NCBI RefSeq assembly: GCF_006345805.1 | Contig: NC_042998.1 | Span: 130,758,001-130,822,000 of the forward strand | DNA length: 64,000 bases | Origin: Octopus sinensis | Taxonomy: Eukaryota | Reading direction: 5' to 3' | Shown: positions 10,629-23,843 of the stretch, piece after piece | How positions within the stretch are numbered: the stretch's first letter is position 1 | Layout: every line of letters begins with the position of its first letter | The notes under the pieces: generated by a model | The model's database searches: none | The model's input: only the letters and a program-made list of their open reading frames with translations | Told to the model about the DNA's origin: nothing | Program-made: the position numbers and the translations under genes

Positions 10629-13404
10629 ATCATTATTCAGTTTATTTCAAGATTTCTTGCCAATAGGGAAAGTACAGGTTTCTAACCTAGATCCATATGC
10701 GCGCGCACATACATGTGCATGTGTGCGCGAGCGAGTGCGTTGAGCAAATATCAGTACGTGGTTAGGAACGGTTAAGCTGTATGTTGAAAAATGTAGAAAT
10801 TGTTATGTAATTGACAGCTGTAAGTGTCATTGGGTTATATTATTGTTGTTCATAGTTTATATAGGTCAAGCTGAAGCATCCCAATATTTAATCGCTTCTA
10901 TTGTTCTATCAACGAGTAACATTGGTTATGGTTCAAGATTTCAATAATGTAATATAGATCAATAGAAAAACAACATCGTCATCAAAACTTAAATAGTCGA
11001 GAGAGAATTAAAGCAAACTTTTTTGCCCGCAACAGCATGTAACTGAGCTAGAGAAATGTGGATATTGAAAACTATGGAGTTTATATACGGTTTCACAAAA
11101 CTCCCAAAGGAATTGCTGCTCTCATGTCATTTGGATGACCTATAACAAAATATAAATCAAATGAATCATTGTCTTGAAATATCTATCTTCATTTTTATTC
11201 GTGTTCAACGTAAAACTACATTAACTACTGCGTCATTCCTTGAGGTTCCACAATACGCTGCGCCTTGGGTGAAATCTACATTGAACGCCGTTTTCAGTCA
11301 ATTTCTAAAATGTGCTAATTTTCTTCCAGCCTAAGCTCTCTTCCTTCTTTCATTTCTAGAAGGTGTGCCTTGTAGCTTTAAAATTGACGACTATACTCCC
11401 CATATGAGAATGCACTCCTCTTTTTCCACTCCTACAGATGATACTTCTCCTGTCATCCCTATAATGTTTTTCTCTCCTACCAAGCATACAAACTGCTTCC
11501 TGCTCTCTCAGTCCCATATTGTGTGCCCCACATTAAAATACAGTTGAAAAATTATAATTACTCGTGCACAAAAATCCTGTAGTACTTTAATTTAACAAGC
11601 CCACATTTGTGTCCTAATTTTTCCTGTCTTTAGTCTGTTTCCTCTATTGTCATGCGTTCCGGTTGTGATCCCTGTTCATTATTGAGACCTCCAGTTTCTA
11701 TTGGATCATCATAGTTTGTTTACAATTTGAGAAGTTTTGAGAAGCATCCAAGTTTTAGCGCCATGAGCCCAGTTTTGTCTAGTTTGCCAAATGTGTTGTG
11801 TTGAACTTGGCTTTATCCAATTTCAACTACAAGGAGTACATTGTACAGGTAGATATTGGTTATTGACTATGTAGGAACTTATTATCTGATTTGAAGTGTA
11901 TTATTCTGAAATGTTGATAGCAACCTATGAAATACTTGAGAGTATTCCGTCTGTGTGCGAAAGGCACATCTCTAGCTCTATGGATATGTACTCTTACCGC
12001 TATGAGAGGTTGTCGAATTTGTTTTCTACTGTCTTGGTTGACGACACAATTCATTTTATGTTTAACTTGTCTGATGAACTGAAAATGATTACCAGCCAAA
12101 TTCTAACGCAGCCCGCTCTCCAGCTGTCTCATCTTCAAAGTTCTGCTGGTTCACAGTGAGAATCACGAGAGGATGTGTCTGTCTCTTCGCCACTAGATAA
12201 GTCACTGCGATTTGTGTGAATGTTTTGAAGTAATTTCATATCCTTGCAAACATATATGTGTGTCTGTTCACGTATACATGTATGTGAATGTGCGTGTGCT
12301 TGTGCGTGTGTGTACATTGTATATACTTTGACCAATAAAAAGATATATAAACATAGAAATGCACATAAACCAACACACACTCAGATACACATTCACAAAA
12401 ATAGAGAATTTCGGTGATGAAAAGCAGTTACGACCAAAAACGTATTTCTACTAGCATGTAAATAAGCCAGAATACCAAACTTTTAGTCTGATTTCCAATA
12501 TACCTAATGGTTACTGGTCATATTCAGGTAGTTGGTGGTGCTGCTTTAACGGCCAGCTTGCAAATTAGAAACTGTAGATCTGCAAGAAGATAAGGGCAAT
12601 AATTTGTACCCTGTTTGCACGGAAAATACAGGTCCAAAGTTGAAGATTGAGAGGATTGCGCTATGCAATTAGGGTTTCGGTTTGACAGGTCTATCTTCTA
12701 TGTCTTTTTCTTGCACAGCATCCGTTTCGTAAAGAACGAAGCTTGATGGAAAGATAACTTTACCCCAAATATGAACTTTCTCAGAGTAGATGTATTAATG
12801 TATATGTCTTCGTAAAGTAAGTGCTCAGTGAAGACTATAGTCTCTCATGTGCAGACAGTTAGTCAGGCTTGAAAAGTTTCCATTAAAGATCTACTCACGT
12901 ACTGAATTGGAGCTGATTTCAATTTAAACGGTAATTAAAATTAAAAAGAAGAATCGCCAACTTTATTAATTATTTTTTTCGGTTCCATGTATCTTGCTAT
13001 CTGACTTCCTACCCTCGGGAATAAACCCTGTAAATGAAAGCCCATGTTACTGTCAAAATAGTATCTCTATGATAAAGTTAGGTCTATTATATGTATAATA
13101 AAATATAATGTGTCTATGAAGGAGTGCATGAGAAACCAACAACGAAATGTGATATCAATGACAGTGTATAGAAAGAGAAGTAATCCAAGAGAAAATTCGA
13201 TGCTTTTCGGTTACATCGAATATCAGACATAAGAAATCATTACATTGAGTCAACTTCATAACGTTTCACGTGTTAATTGTTTGTATGTATGTATGCCCAA
13301 GGAGTATAAGTTACTCGCCAACCTGAAAAGTCACAGCTATGCTACTCACACATGAAGCTATTATAAAATGCTTTAAGCAATATGTAATGCTCGAGAACGA
13401 GGAA

Positions 13405-13423
13405 AGTATCCATCATGTATGTG

Positions 13424-13455
<32 letters not shown>

Positions 13456-13457
13456 TG

Positions 13458-13488
<31 letters not shown>

Positions 13489-13535
13489 ATGTATGTATGT
13501 ATGTATGTATGCATGTATGTGTGCATGTGTATATA
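13405..13535. repeat. (TATG)n microsatellite
   Basis: Direct reading. Confidence 0.9.
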
Positions 13536-14958
13536 TGTAGAGGAGGGTGAAATTAAGTCTGACGTAGCCTGTTGATTTGTTTTTTTCATATGTTGTGTGA
13601 TTGTCTGAATAAGTCACTGAGACCATCTTCATATACTTATGACAAAAACAGGAATATTTCTTGTAGAAATGATGCTGTATATTAAATTGGTATTGTATGT
13701 TGTAGCCTTGAGAAAACAGACAATTTCTAATAGCCATATTAGCAGCAGATGAATTTAAGATACAAGATTGAAAATTGGAAGATACTGTGCCTGTATAACT
13801 GAACACATTCATGTGGTTGTGTGATGCAGATAACATAGATCGGCTCCAGTAGAGAGTGAAATAAAGTACGTAGATAGTATAATGGCGTAGAATTCTTCAA
13901 AATAATAGAGAGAGTGTTTACTTTACAAGCATGTGAAGCATCGGATAAGGCTACATATTAAGAAAGCCAGCGGCTCTCGACCTGGTGTCTGCAAATTCTT
14001 GAGATCCACGACAATTAATAGTGGGTGTCCGTAAGTTGTATTCTAACATTTTAAAGGCTCCAATATAATACGTATAATTATTTTACATAAAATATTTTAT
14101 GCACATTTATCACTCATTTGCAAAAGAGACTACTAGTTTGATGTTAATTCATGAAAGCAGCTTACTGAGTCTGTACAGAATTTTCAAGAGCTTGAGAGTT
14201 TGCAAAAATGAATTTAAATTAAATAGGTGTATAACAGCGAAAATATTGTAACTGCTTCAGTAGGCGATGAAGAATCCACACAGATCAGTACTAACAGCAT
14301 GTTATAATTCGCAGTGCTTTATTATAATTGTCTTCTAATGGTGAGTTCAAATCTAGCCGTCGTTGATTTTTAGTCATCTTTTTCTAAATTTTAATACCTG
14401 AGCCGAACTAAGAAATTAAGTGTACTGAATGGACATTTTAATATAAGGAACTACCATCCTTTTTCTTCACTTTATTGATATTTGTGTATCGTATTTCATC
14501 CAGATGGAACTGTAGAATACATCGAGGCCACCTTAGTATCAATAACGTGATATCAGAATATCGGAAAAATTTGAACGAATTTTTTCTCTTTCTTTCTCAG
14601 TTAGTAATTACTATTTACCTGAACCTCAAGTGTTGATCTTAAATATATCATCAGGAAGCTGCGTTGGTGTACGCCGTTTATTTCATAAGAATCGGTTTTG
14701 ATTTCAATTAGAAATTTTGTAAATTATACAAAACTATAAGAATTAATGAATGATGTTATCATTCATTCTTTTCTAAATGCTGTTAAACTGCTACAAGTTT
14801 TCCCTCGGCGACCTGGAATATATTTACGCAAGGCCCAGATTATTAGCGTGAATACGTGAGACCATACACTTTCCGTTTACTAAGATGCAACGATCTAGTT
14901 TTTGGCAGATATCCCTCCTAGTTCTAGCAGGTATCTATCACTGAATCAATCAATGTAG

Positions 14959-15092
<134 letters not shown>

Positions 15093-15227
15093 GTGTGCGT
15101 GTGTACGCGCGGGTACGAGTATGTGTTTGCACGCACGTTTCCATATATGTATGCGTATATGACACAATAATAGAAATATTAAAATTACTAAGTCTCTCTA
15201 AAGGAGATTACGGCAGCGTTACTGGAA

Positions 15228-15643
15228 ATTAATAGTTATCGCCATACTAATATGGCAGTCTTATAAATATAAGACTAAAGCTGTCGCTGATTAGCTCCAA
15301 GCTAGCTATTTGACGATATACCTGCGTCCATTACAAACCTTCGAAAAAGTGGATGTATTCTACTGAAACTAGGTAAATAAAGCCTTTGAACTGGGACGAT
15401 CAGTAGCGACACCTGCAAGTCTGACTACGCTGCATTGATAATGGGCAACAACCCTGAAACATGTCTGTAGCTGTCTGACTGGCAGGATGAAGCGGCTGAC
15501 CTCCCTTGTTCGAAGGTTTGTAATGGACGCAGGTTCGTGTGTCAAATAGCTAGCTTGAGGCGGTGGCCTCTTGGAGCTAATCAGCGACAGCTTTAGTCTT
15601 ATATTTATAAGACTGCCATATTAGTATGGCGATAACTATTAAT
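15228..15643 (+). mobile_element. ~415-bp fold-back element with long inverted arms and a central minimal hammerhead
   Basis: 15228-15301 is the exact reverse complement of 15570-15643 (74 bp); 15298-15314 pairs with 15541-15557; 15320-15345 pairs with 15509-15534; TTAA at both ends. Confidence 0.8.
15429..15471 (+). ncRNA. Minimal type I hammerhead with U3-A8 core variant
   Basis: Stem I GCTGCA/TGTAGC; core TTGATAA; stem II T-GGG-CAACAA-CCC-T; GAAA; palindromic ACATGT stem III; GUC site, cleavage after 15465. Confidence 0.65.
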
Positions 15644-16099
15644 ATATGATATTAGTTTGCTTTAAACGCTAAATTAAATTTTAAAAGATACTTCCATCTA
15701 TATAAAATAGAAGCAAAGCGAAAAGAAAACTCCTATAATATTACTCATCCTTGCTTTTAATCATGAAACTTTCAAATGTTTTACTCTTATTGTAACATAA
15801 TACTCTTCGGGGGTACACTGAGATCCTGTTAAAATAATGTTTGCTGTTTAAAACATTAAAGTGCCTTACTTCTACTTAAATATTCTATTATAATAATGTG
15901 TATGAGTTAGATGTTAAGAAACCATCTAGGGGTTATTAAATGGACAATATACTACTGGATGTGAACCTACGTATGTTTAACCAAGTTCTTACTATTGCAT
16001 TTGAATACTAGGTATGGATGGGGGTAAATTGGAAATTTACCCAGGATTTATTTGACTTATGTTTTAATTTGCATTATATATATCGCGTGCTGAGGAAGG

Positions 16100-16262
16100 T
16101 GGGGCTTACGTCCCCGTAACTCAGCGCCTCGGCAAAAGACATCAATAGAATAAATACTAGGCTTACAAAGGATACGTTCTAGGATCGATTTGTTCGAATA
16201 AAAGCAGTGCTTCAGTATGGCCGCTGTCAAATGACTGAAACAAGTAAACGAAAAATAAAAGA
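16100..16262 (+). mobile_element. OK-like SINE 3' half
   Basis: ACGTCCCCGTAACT..TAGAATAAATACTAGGCTTACAAAG..CAGTATGGCCGCTGTCAAATGACTGAAACAAGTA. Confidence 0.7.
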
Positions 16263-16299
16263 AATATATACATACGAATGTTATATGATTGACAGCTAG

Positions 16300-16467
16300 C
16301 CCCTAAAGCTTCTTTTATCAACTTTCTGTTTATTTCCTCGTGTTCCTTTCTGTTGAAGAGCATAGGCTCGAAACAAAAGAAATTCTCACCTTCCTGAGCG
16401 TTAAACTAATACACCTTTTCTTGTTTATACACCTCTCTTCGTCTTTTGTTTTTCTGTAGATTCTAAC

Positions 16468-16468
<1 letters not shown>
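16300..16468 (+). mobile_element. Short pLTR-like repeat with HHR-like motif (CTGTTGA core), ending at (TA)n
   Basis: CTTT-CTGTTGA-A-GAGC-ATAG-GCTC-GAAAC-AAAAG; homologous to 25240-25395 and 16980-17150. Confidence 0.6.
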
Positions 16469-16523
<55 letters not shown>

Positions 16524-16550
16524 CTGTCTTTATACCTTTATACACACACG

Positions 16551-16583
<33 letters not shown>

Positions 16584-16616
16584 GTGTGTGTATGTATATA
16601 TATATATATATATATA

Positions 16617-16950
16617 AAAACATTATTGGTGAATTGAAGAAATGGAGCTGAACGCAGATTGAACAGAAATCGTTTTATTTCATTCTACACGTGTTTCGAA
16701 AGGCACAAATTACCAAAATCCGATTGAATAATGGGACCATATTGTGTCTTTCTCTTCAGGAAGAAAAAAGGAAATCCGTTGGAAAAACAAAAACAGAACA
16801 GAGGCGGAGCAAAAAACAAATCGAACTGTGCTCCTAAGAGCCCATGGCGAAACTCTGCTGTTTACTGCTGTGATTTTTGCTACTAAGGTATCGGTTAAAC
16901 TTTTGATTAATCTACTACAAGATTATTCATCTTTCTATTTCACATAATAT
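16617..16950 (-). mobile_element. Solo PLE-type pLTR with hammerhead, flanked by (TA)n
   Basis: HHR 16678-16766 followed by AATAAA on the minus strand; TA runs on both sides; no ORF. Confidence 0.6.
16678..16766 (-). ncRNA. Type I hammerhead ribozyme
   Basis: Minus strand: stem I TTTC-TTC/GAA-T-GAAA; CTGAAGA; stem II GAAAG-A-CACAA/TTGTG-C-CTTTC; GAAA; palindromic ACACGTGT; GUA site, cleavage at 16686/16685. Confidence 0.75.
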
Positions 16951-16979
16951 ATATATATATATTATATATATATATATAG

Positions 16980-17150
16980 TTTAAATTTGCAGGAAATAGC
17001 AGACGAAGATAGGTGCATGAACAACAAACCCGTGTATTAGGGAAAAATGGAAGAGTCTTTTACGTTGTGAATCCTATGCTCTTCGACAGAAAGGATTAAG
17101 AGGAAATGGCGGAGAGTGGGAGAGAGATGGATAAAGTTTCTTAACGAATT
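16980..17150 (-). mobile_element. Diverged copy of the CTGTTGA-core pLTR-like repeat
   Basis: Minus strand CCTTTCTGTCGAAGAGCATAGGATTCACAACGTAAAAG; 3' end at (TA)n ~16950-16978. Confidence 0.5.
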
Positions 17151-17358
17151 TTGTCGCATGCGACATCAGGAAATGTATTAATCTCCTTCTAAATTTATGA
17201 TACAATAATTCTGGCTTCTACTGTGTCACTTTCCCGGAGGATAATTAACATAATTTATGGTCTCTTCATTATTCCTCAGGACTTACCTTATCTGCAGTTA
17301 TGCTGTGTAGTATGTTTATGTACTCGTATATTCATTTTCTATAGAAATATGTAAACAT

Positions 17359-17400
17359 TACGAGGGGACGTATGAACTTTCTAAACCTAACAACATGAAG
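17359..17400 (+). mobile_element. Possible mariner-type TIR remnant
   Basis: TACGAGGGGACGTATGAACTTTCTAAACCTAAC resembles TA-flanked mariner termini; no partner found. Confidence 0.3.
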
Positions 17401-17499
17401 ACATTAGTAAGAAACTGAATATTTAACAGGCAGGCAAATCTATAAAGTATGCAAAAGTGAAGTCAAGATTCAAATGTGAAGCCCTGTATTGAAGTGTAG

Positions 17500-20340
17500 T
17501 ACTCACTACACTGAATAATCTAATATTGAGTTGTTTAGAGTCGTCTTGAGAACAAACAGCCAAGATGCTTTTCTATATCTTTTCTCTAGACTCGTAAACT
17601 ATGTTGGATTCTTTTGAATGTTAAACAGATTTCTGCAACTTATTGTAAGATGGAAGCATTCAACTGAATTAATGTATTGTGCTTTTAATTTCATACGTGC
17701 TTGAGTGATACGAGTAACCAATTACGGTTTATTTTGAGTTAGTGGAGTGTTTTCTACGGTGTGCAGATTACATAACGTCCTTCACCATCCAGTTGAAATC
17801 ATCCACTTTGCTGATTTATCTCCATTAGTCACGCTCAGCGTAGTCTCCATTTCTTAACTATATGCCTAGCTTAGATACAGATATGTTCAAGAAAAGGTCC
17901 ATAAAAGAATTACAATGTGATGCGCTCTTCATTCGAAATTTCTGTTCCCAATTGTTATTATCAGCCTAAAACTTGCTCGAAGTTGAAGCTTTCTGATTAA
18001 TATATTTACTTCCAAAAATTAGGATACTTGCTGTCTTGAGATTCAAGTTTATTTCAGTTTCTTTTGCCCTGTATCATTTTCATACTTTGATGATATTGAA
18101 CTGAATTTTGACAAGTTGCCTTAATTTGCGACTCATCAAATTTGAAAGTTTGGATATTAAACAAAAACACACTTAAAATTATATATTTGCATACACACGC
18201 TTCTGCTTTAATTCCTTGACGAAACCCACGCATAAATTTCGTGGTAACATAGCATACATAACTGTCGAGAAGACGCTGCTTTCTCTTAAAACGTACATCA
18301 TGGAATGCAATACTTTTTGTGAAAATGGCATTCTCCAAAATTTTCCTAAACTCAAGGAAAAATAAAATTGTAGCTGATCTTGGGTTGACACTTTCACGAA
18401 ATAGGAATTCATTAAACATATTAATCTAAACCATTAGTCAATGTATTCATAAATCTTCTATTGTAAGAAGTACGCACTATGCAAATGTTTTCTATGTGAA
18501 GAAGGATTTCTACCGATATTTTGGACTGATTTATTTGAGTCTGCAAAATATTTTCAATTTTGTTCATCGTTTTAAGCACTACTATTTTATCATTGAATTT
18601 GATCATATTTGATGTTTGAGATAACGAGCAATAATTTTGTCAAAAATGAATTAATACGTTTCTTAACTACTCCCTAACATCTAAGAAAAATGTCTTACAT
18701 TGGTGCAATCCATTTGAAATAAGGTCAGGAAATGTAAATGTTCCTAACTGCTTATATGTGTATTTTGCCGATACTCACTTTGAGATCTTCAAAGACATTA
18801 ATATTGCTTGTATAGTAAATTTCATCAATCGATTTTTACAATCAGGATAGTCCAAAAATATTAGTCTTCCATGATTTCTCCCATTTCCTTCTCACTGGTA
18901 GGACATTACGTCTTTGAAAAGGGGAGAAAAACATTTACTATAATTTATTTTAATATATTTCATAATATTCTCTGTTACGATTTAATTTTTCTCTTGCATG
19001 GTTCGATTCTGTATGCTATGGTTTGAAGAAATAGTTGGTGTCACTTTCACATAGTGTATGAGTACCATTTAAATAGTGATTCTGAGGTCTAAGATGATGC
19101 TCAACCGAGTTGCGTTCAATATTCTTTGTTCCATGAACACCATATATTTCGCACCATCAAGTTAGTAATTGCGCTTGATTGGGTTCGTGTTGTTATACTC
19201 TAATGGCTATGTTGCCTTCGGGCTAGTTGCCATTCGGTAAGTTGAAGTAACATAACAAAAGTATGTCGGCGTGCTGCTTTAACTCCCTCAATACTTACTT
19301 TTTATGTCTCTAAGGCTTCCACAAATTTATATCATGCTATGTAGTTCGCATCGTCAGTTGGACGATATGACGTTCAGATTGCATTATCGCATTGCTTTGT
19401 ATGTACTTTCATTATGTTTGAATGTGAGAATAGGATTCTAGGTGTAACGTCTTTCCGAATGTACATAGAAACTGCACGACGACGCTTTTCTCCCTTTTTT
19501 TTTATACGAGCAAACATACATTGGTATTTGCAATTCTTCTCCAGCTAGGTCAGTTGATAGATGTATTTTTGTAGGAGGCTCAATATATGTTGCTCGATTC
19601 CATGCACAAAGGTCTCTACTGTTGTTGTGAAGTAGAAGACCTTTGTCGTTCAATAGCAAAATTACTGTAATGTTTGCCTTGTAATGTTTTAATGGTTATA
19701 GTTGTTTTTTTTTGTGAGGGTGTATATCACTATGGTTCACTTTCATTGGTATTCTAGTCCACTTCTGCACTATTTTTCAGGCAACCCTAAAAATGATATG
19801 TGAGTCAATCGCTGCAGCTCGATCTGCACCTGCATATTGGCCTTTGTTGGGTGCAGATAGTATACGGTGTGACATCGTAGGGTTATTTAATGTTGGGGTT
19901 CTGATTATGGGGTTTTGGTACATTCTGTTCTCTTGTCCTGTCGGCTTAGTGCGGAGTAATTTCTTCCCTGAGAGCTATGGGTTCAGTATAAGTAAAGCGG
20001 CGGTTGGTTTCTACTTCTCGATGGCAGCACGAAAACTACAGAAAGTTTGGGTTTCGTTCTTTGCTTTTATGCTGCCTTTGTTTTTTCAATTATCATTTAA
20101 AAAAAATTTTAATTGTATTTGCTTTTAACCTTGGTCATAGTACTGTGTCATTTGCATTGCTTATTAGTGCTTCTTCCAGACTGTTCTCTTATTACGCCTA
20201 TTGTGATGTTGGGAACTTAATTTTTGTTCGTTCAGATTTCTCCAGCGTTGCATTAAGTGTTGGTGGTAGGGACAGAAAGAATCGTGATTTCGTCCTAAGA
20301 TATGTCGTTACATTCTCCGTTTTGGTTCTTTACATATCCT
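17500..20340 (-). mobile_element. Heavily decayed CR1/L2-group LINE (APE and RT traces)
   Basis: ELQIPMYVCSYKKKG..RRRAVSMYIRKD (APE) near 19430-19540; LMNSYFVKVSTQD and MLPRNL..VKELK near 18200-18415; faint RT traces near 17700-17920; outer boundaries uncertain. Confidence 0.5.
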
Positions 20341-21436
20341 GAAAATCATGGTTTATTAGTTGCTTTATCTAAATTTGTTTCATATTCATATCGCATCAAG
20401 CTATCCAATGGTCTCGTTAAAGACTTCACAAGGTTGTGAGCTGGGAGATCATCAAAACACCACAAAATATGCTCTGCGGTATTTCTGCTGGCATTTTATG
20501 ATTTGAGTTCAAACCACACGTAATTCAACTTTGCTTTTCTTCCCTCTGATGCCAATAAAATAAAGTACAGATCAAGTTGTGGAGTCGAGAGTATTGTTGG
20601 CCTTGCGTCTTAATTAGAAACCATATATGGCTTCACATATGAGTAAGAAAGAACGAATTCATTCTTTTTCTTTCTCTTTATACCATTGATCTTATAGCTC
20701 TCTCTCTCTCTCTCTCTCCATCTCTTTCGCTTTCTCTCTCTAAATATATATAAATATATGTATATGTATTTATATGTAAGTTTATTTGCCGTTATGTTTA
20801 TAAACCTTCTGATATTTGCATATTCAAAGACGTGTGCATCTGTAAGAAAATTTTATGCGTATCATACTGCATATTGTATACATACATAATTCTTTACAAT
20901 TTATGTACAGATATTCATCTCAATATGTACATGTGCAAGCGTATAGTATATACTTAGATATATTTATATGTATGATGATATAAATATGAGTCTAAATATT
21001 TCAGCAAATTATTTTTTGTCTTTCTCTTAGCATTCATTTAATGATAACTTGAGGCAAATGGTATATCGTTATAAACATTCGTTATCCTATCATCAAACTT
21101 GTTATTATTGTTGTTGTGCTTGTGCTTGCTACTTTTCACTGATTTTCTTATTGACGGTGTGCTTATAAAAATGTCTACACACAGAGCACATGAATTAATT
21201 TAACCATTGTTACAATCTGGCAACAAAGAACATATCTCGTTAGATCTATATTTACTCAAACTAAGATGCTGGCAAGATACAGCTAACCAATTTTAAGCAT
21301 TATTCTATTTATATTCACACACAGACATTTATGTAGGGAACAGAAGCAAACTGAAAGAAATGAGAACGAGCACACAAATTTAATTATAATCATATATAAA
21401 TACACATATATGTACACACACACACACACATATATG

Positions 21437-21478
<42 letters not shown>

Positions 21479-21511
21479 TAGATATGTATGTGCATACCTA
21501 TATATGCACAT

Positions 21512-21550
<39 letters not shown>

Positions 21551-21844
21551 ATATATATAATATATATATATATGTACATATTTACCTACATATGTGTGTG
21601 TATGTGTGTGTGCATATATATATATATATACATACATATACACACATACACACATACATTTACAGGTTTCTATGTGACTGCGTGCGTGTGCTTGAGTATA
21701 GGTGCCTATGCTGGTGTACATCTGAGTTTATGCTTGTCCAGAGATGCATTATATACGCCCATTCGGGGAAGATCATTTAATTATAAACATGCATTCACAG
21801 GAGTGTGCGTGTCTATCTATCTATATATATATATGAATAAGGGG

Positions 21845-22783
21845 GCCTGCCAACTCACCTTCCTCAGCAGTGCGTGAATGCTTGGCAGATGAGGTGGAGA
21901 GAACCTCCATGCCTGGATCTTTATCTTGCGACGAGTTTCAACATCTTTCTCAAGCGGTTTAGTTTTAGTCACGCAGACGTATAGTAGCATACGCAGCACA
22001 ACCGCTTGGTACACCTAATACCTTTCCTCGCCCACGCTGATTCAGGCGGCCGCCCAAATGCAATGCGTCTGTCAAATGTAATATGTGTGTCAATGATCAT
22101 AGGCCTGGAGAGTGAGTTGCCGTGGTACATCAACTTATCGACAATCTTTGACACTGATAGTTGATTCCACATACGGCTTCTGCGGGTAGTATGGTGCATG
22201 ACCTATATCTTCCGAGTTCTGATTATGACTCCAAAGTTGGTGCATGCAATGGAAAAGTAGTTCATGCTCTGCTTCGTCTTGGCCTCTGTGGCGGCGTTGA
22301 GTGCGTAGTCGTTTGTGAACTGGAAGTTGCGTTCTGAGTCCTTTTCCTTTGTCTTAGCCTGTAGCCTCCACAGCTTCAAGGATCTGCTACCAATCCCATC
22401 TAGTTGCGAGTACGTAGCAAACTGGCAAACTGGCAGGAGGCGGGCGCACGCAAAGTGACAGATAAAATGCTTCAACGACATACTCAAACCCTCACTGAAG
22501 ATCTTTGAGATCAACCTCGACACATGGGAAACGCAAGCCTAAGACCAACCAACCTGGCGAAGATTAACAAAGAGTGGTGCTAACTCCTACGAGCGTGACA
22601 TGATTTCAGGGGAACAAGGGAAACGAGAAATATGCAATTCCAGAGACCGGACTTTGCATTCAGTCCACACACACCACCGGTGTCCGACCTGCGGCAGAGC
22701 CTCCCGAGTACGAAATCATGTCCCCTTTTCTTCTCCCATGAGGTGTGATTGGTCATTATCGATATCGTCAGACTAACTAACAA
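21845..22783. mobile_element. RTE LINE insertion with 5' inversion: RT segment on minus 21845-~22412, C-terminus on plus ~22417-22783
   Basis: Minus: LWRLQAKTK..FQFTNDYALNA..ACTNFGV..YQAVVLRMLLYVC..LPSIHALLRK. Plus: QIKCFNDILKPSLKIFEINLDTWE..WRRLTKSGA..CPTCGR. Confidence 0.8.
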
Positions 22784-22831
22784 TTATAAAAATAACCATG
22801 ATAATAATAATAATAATAATCATAATAATAA

Positions 22832-22970
22832 TTTCTAATATAGGCACAAGGCTTGAAAATTTTGGGGTTGGTGCTGGTAATTTACATCGACCCCAGTACG
22901 TGAATGGTACTTATTTTATCGACCCCGAAAAGATAAAGGGGAAAGTCAACCGCGGCGGATTTCGAACTCA
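22832..22970 (-). mobile_element. tRNA-derived SINE fragment (OR-like; ATCGACCCCGAAA..AAAGTC(G/A)AC core)
   Basis: Homologous to 29030-29420. Confidence 0.7.
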
Positions 22971-23843
22971 TGATAAAACGATGGCAAGTAAAGCCCCTTC
23001 ATGGCAAATACTGGACTAAGCTAAATGCAAAAGAAATAGATAAAGAAAAATCCTAGCAGTGGTTGAGAAGCTCAGGACTCAAAGCAGAAACAGAGGGATT
23101 TTTAATTGCAGCACAAGACCAAAGCCTCCCCACCAGAAATTACCAAAAACATGTAATGAAAAGAAATATTACAAATAACTGCAGAATATGTGGAGATGGA
23201 CAAGAAACAATAACTCATATTATCTCTAGCTGCCCAGTCCTGGCTAAGAAGGAATATATTCACAGACATGACAGAGTTGGAACCTACATACATTGGAAGC
23301 TATGCCAACATTATGGAATAACAACAGAAAAAAGATGGTATAGGCACACACCAGAAAAGGTCACAGAAAACGAGAAAGCAACCATACTCTGGGATATGCC
23401 GATACACACAGATAGAGAAATTAAGGCCAACAGACCAGATATAGTTGTCAGAGATCATGAAGAAAAAAAATGCTTTCTAATTGATGTATCAATACCGGCT
23501 GATGACAACGTGTCTCTAAAAGAAATGGAGAAACTCTCAAAATACAAAGACCTGGAAATAGAGGTAACTAGAATGTGGAATCTGAAAATAGAAACAATTC
23601 CTATCATAGTAGGTGCATTAGGCATGATAAAAAAATATTCAGACAAATACATAACAAAAACACCAGGACTTACAAACACATATAACATACAGAAAATTGC
23701 ACTACTAGGCACTGCACACATCCTACGCAGAACACTTTCCATACAATAACCATCAGAGCATCACAACAAATCACAGCACATACCCAAGGCACACAGAGCT
23801 GCGCTCGGTAGTGAAGTGAAAGCACGCTATAAAAATAAAGCTA

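Noticed and set aside
11860-12159. Overlapping 79/87-aa ORFs as possible exons
   Set aside because: No recognisable domain and no clear splice pair; may be decayed LINE sequence.
12400-12450. HHR-like remnant (GGTGATGAAAAG..CGACCAAAAACGTATTTCT)
   Set aside because: Core, GAAA and stem II are all broken.
13560-13836. 164-aa minus-strand ORF
   Set aside because: Half of it is (TACA)n read-through; the rest has no recognisable homology.
19793-20342. Two hydrophobic plus-strand ORFs
   Set aside because: Antisense to the A-rich strand of a probable decayed LINE; the hydrophobicity follows from T-richness.
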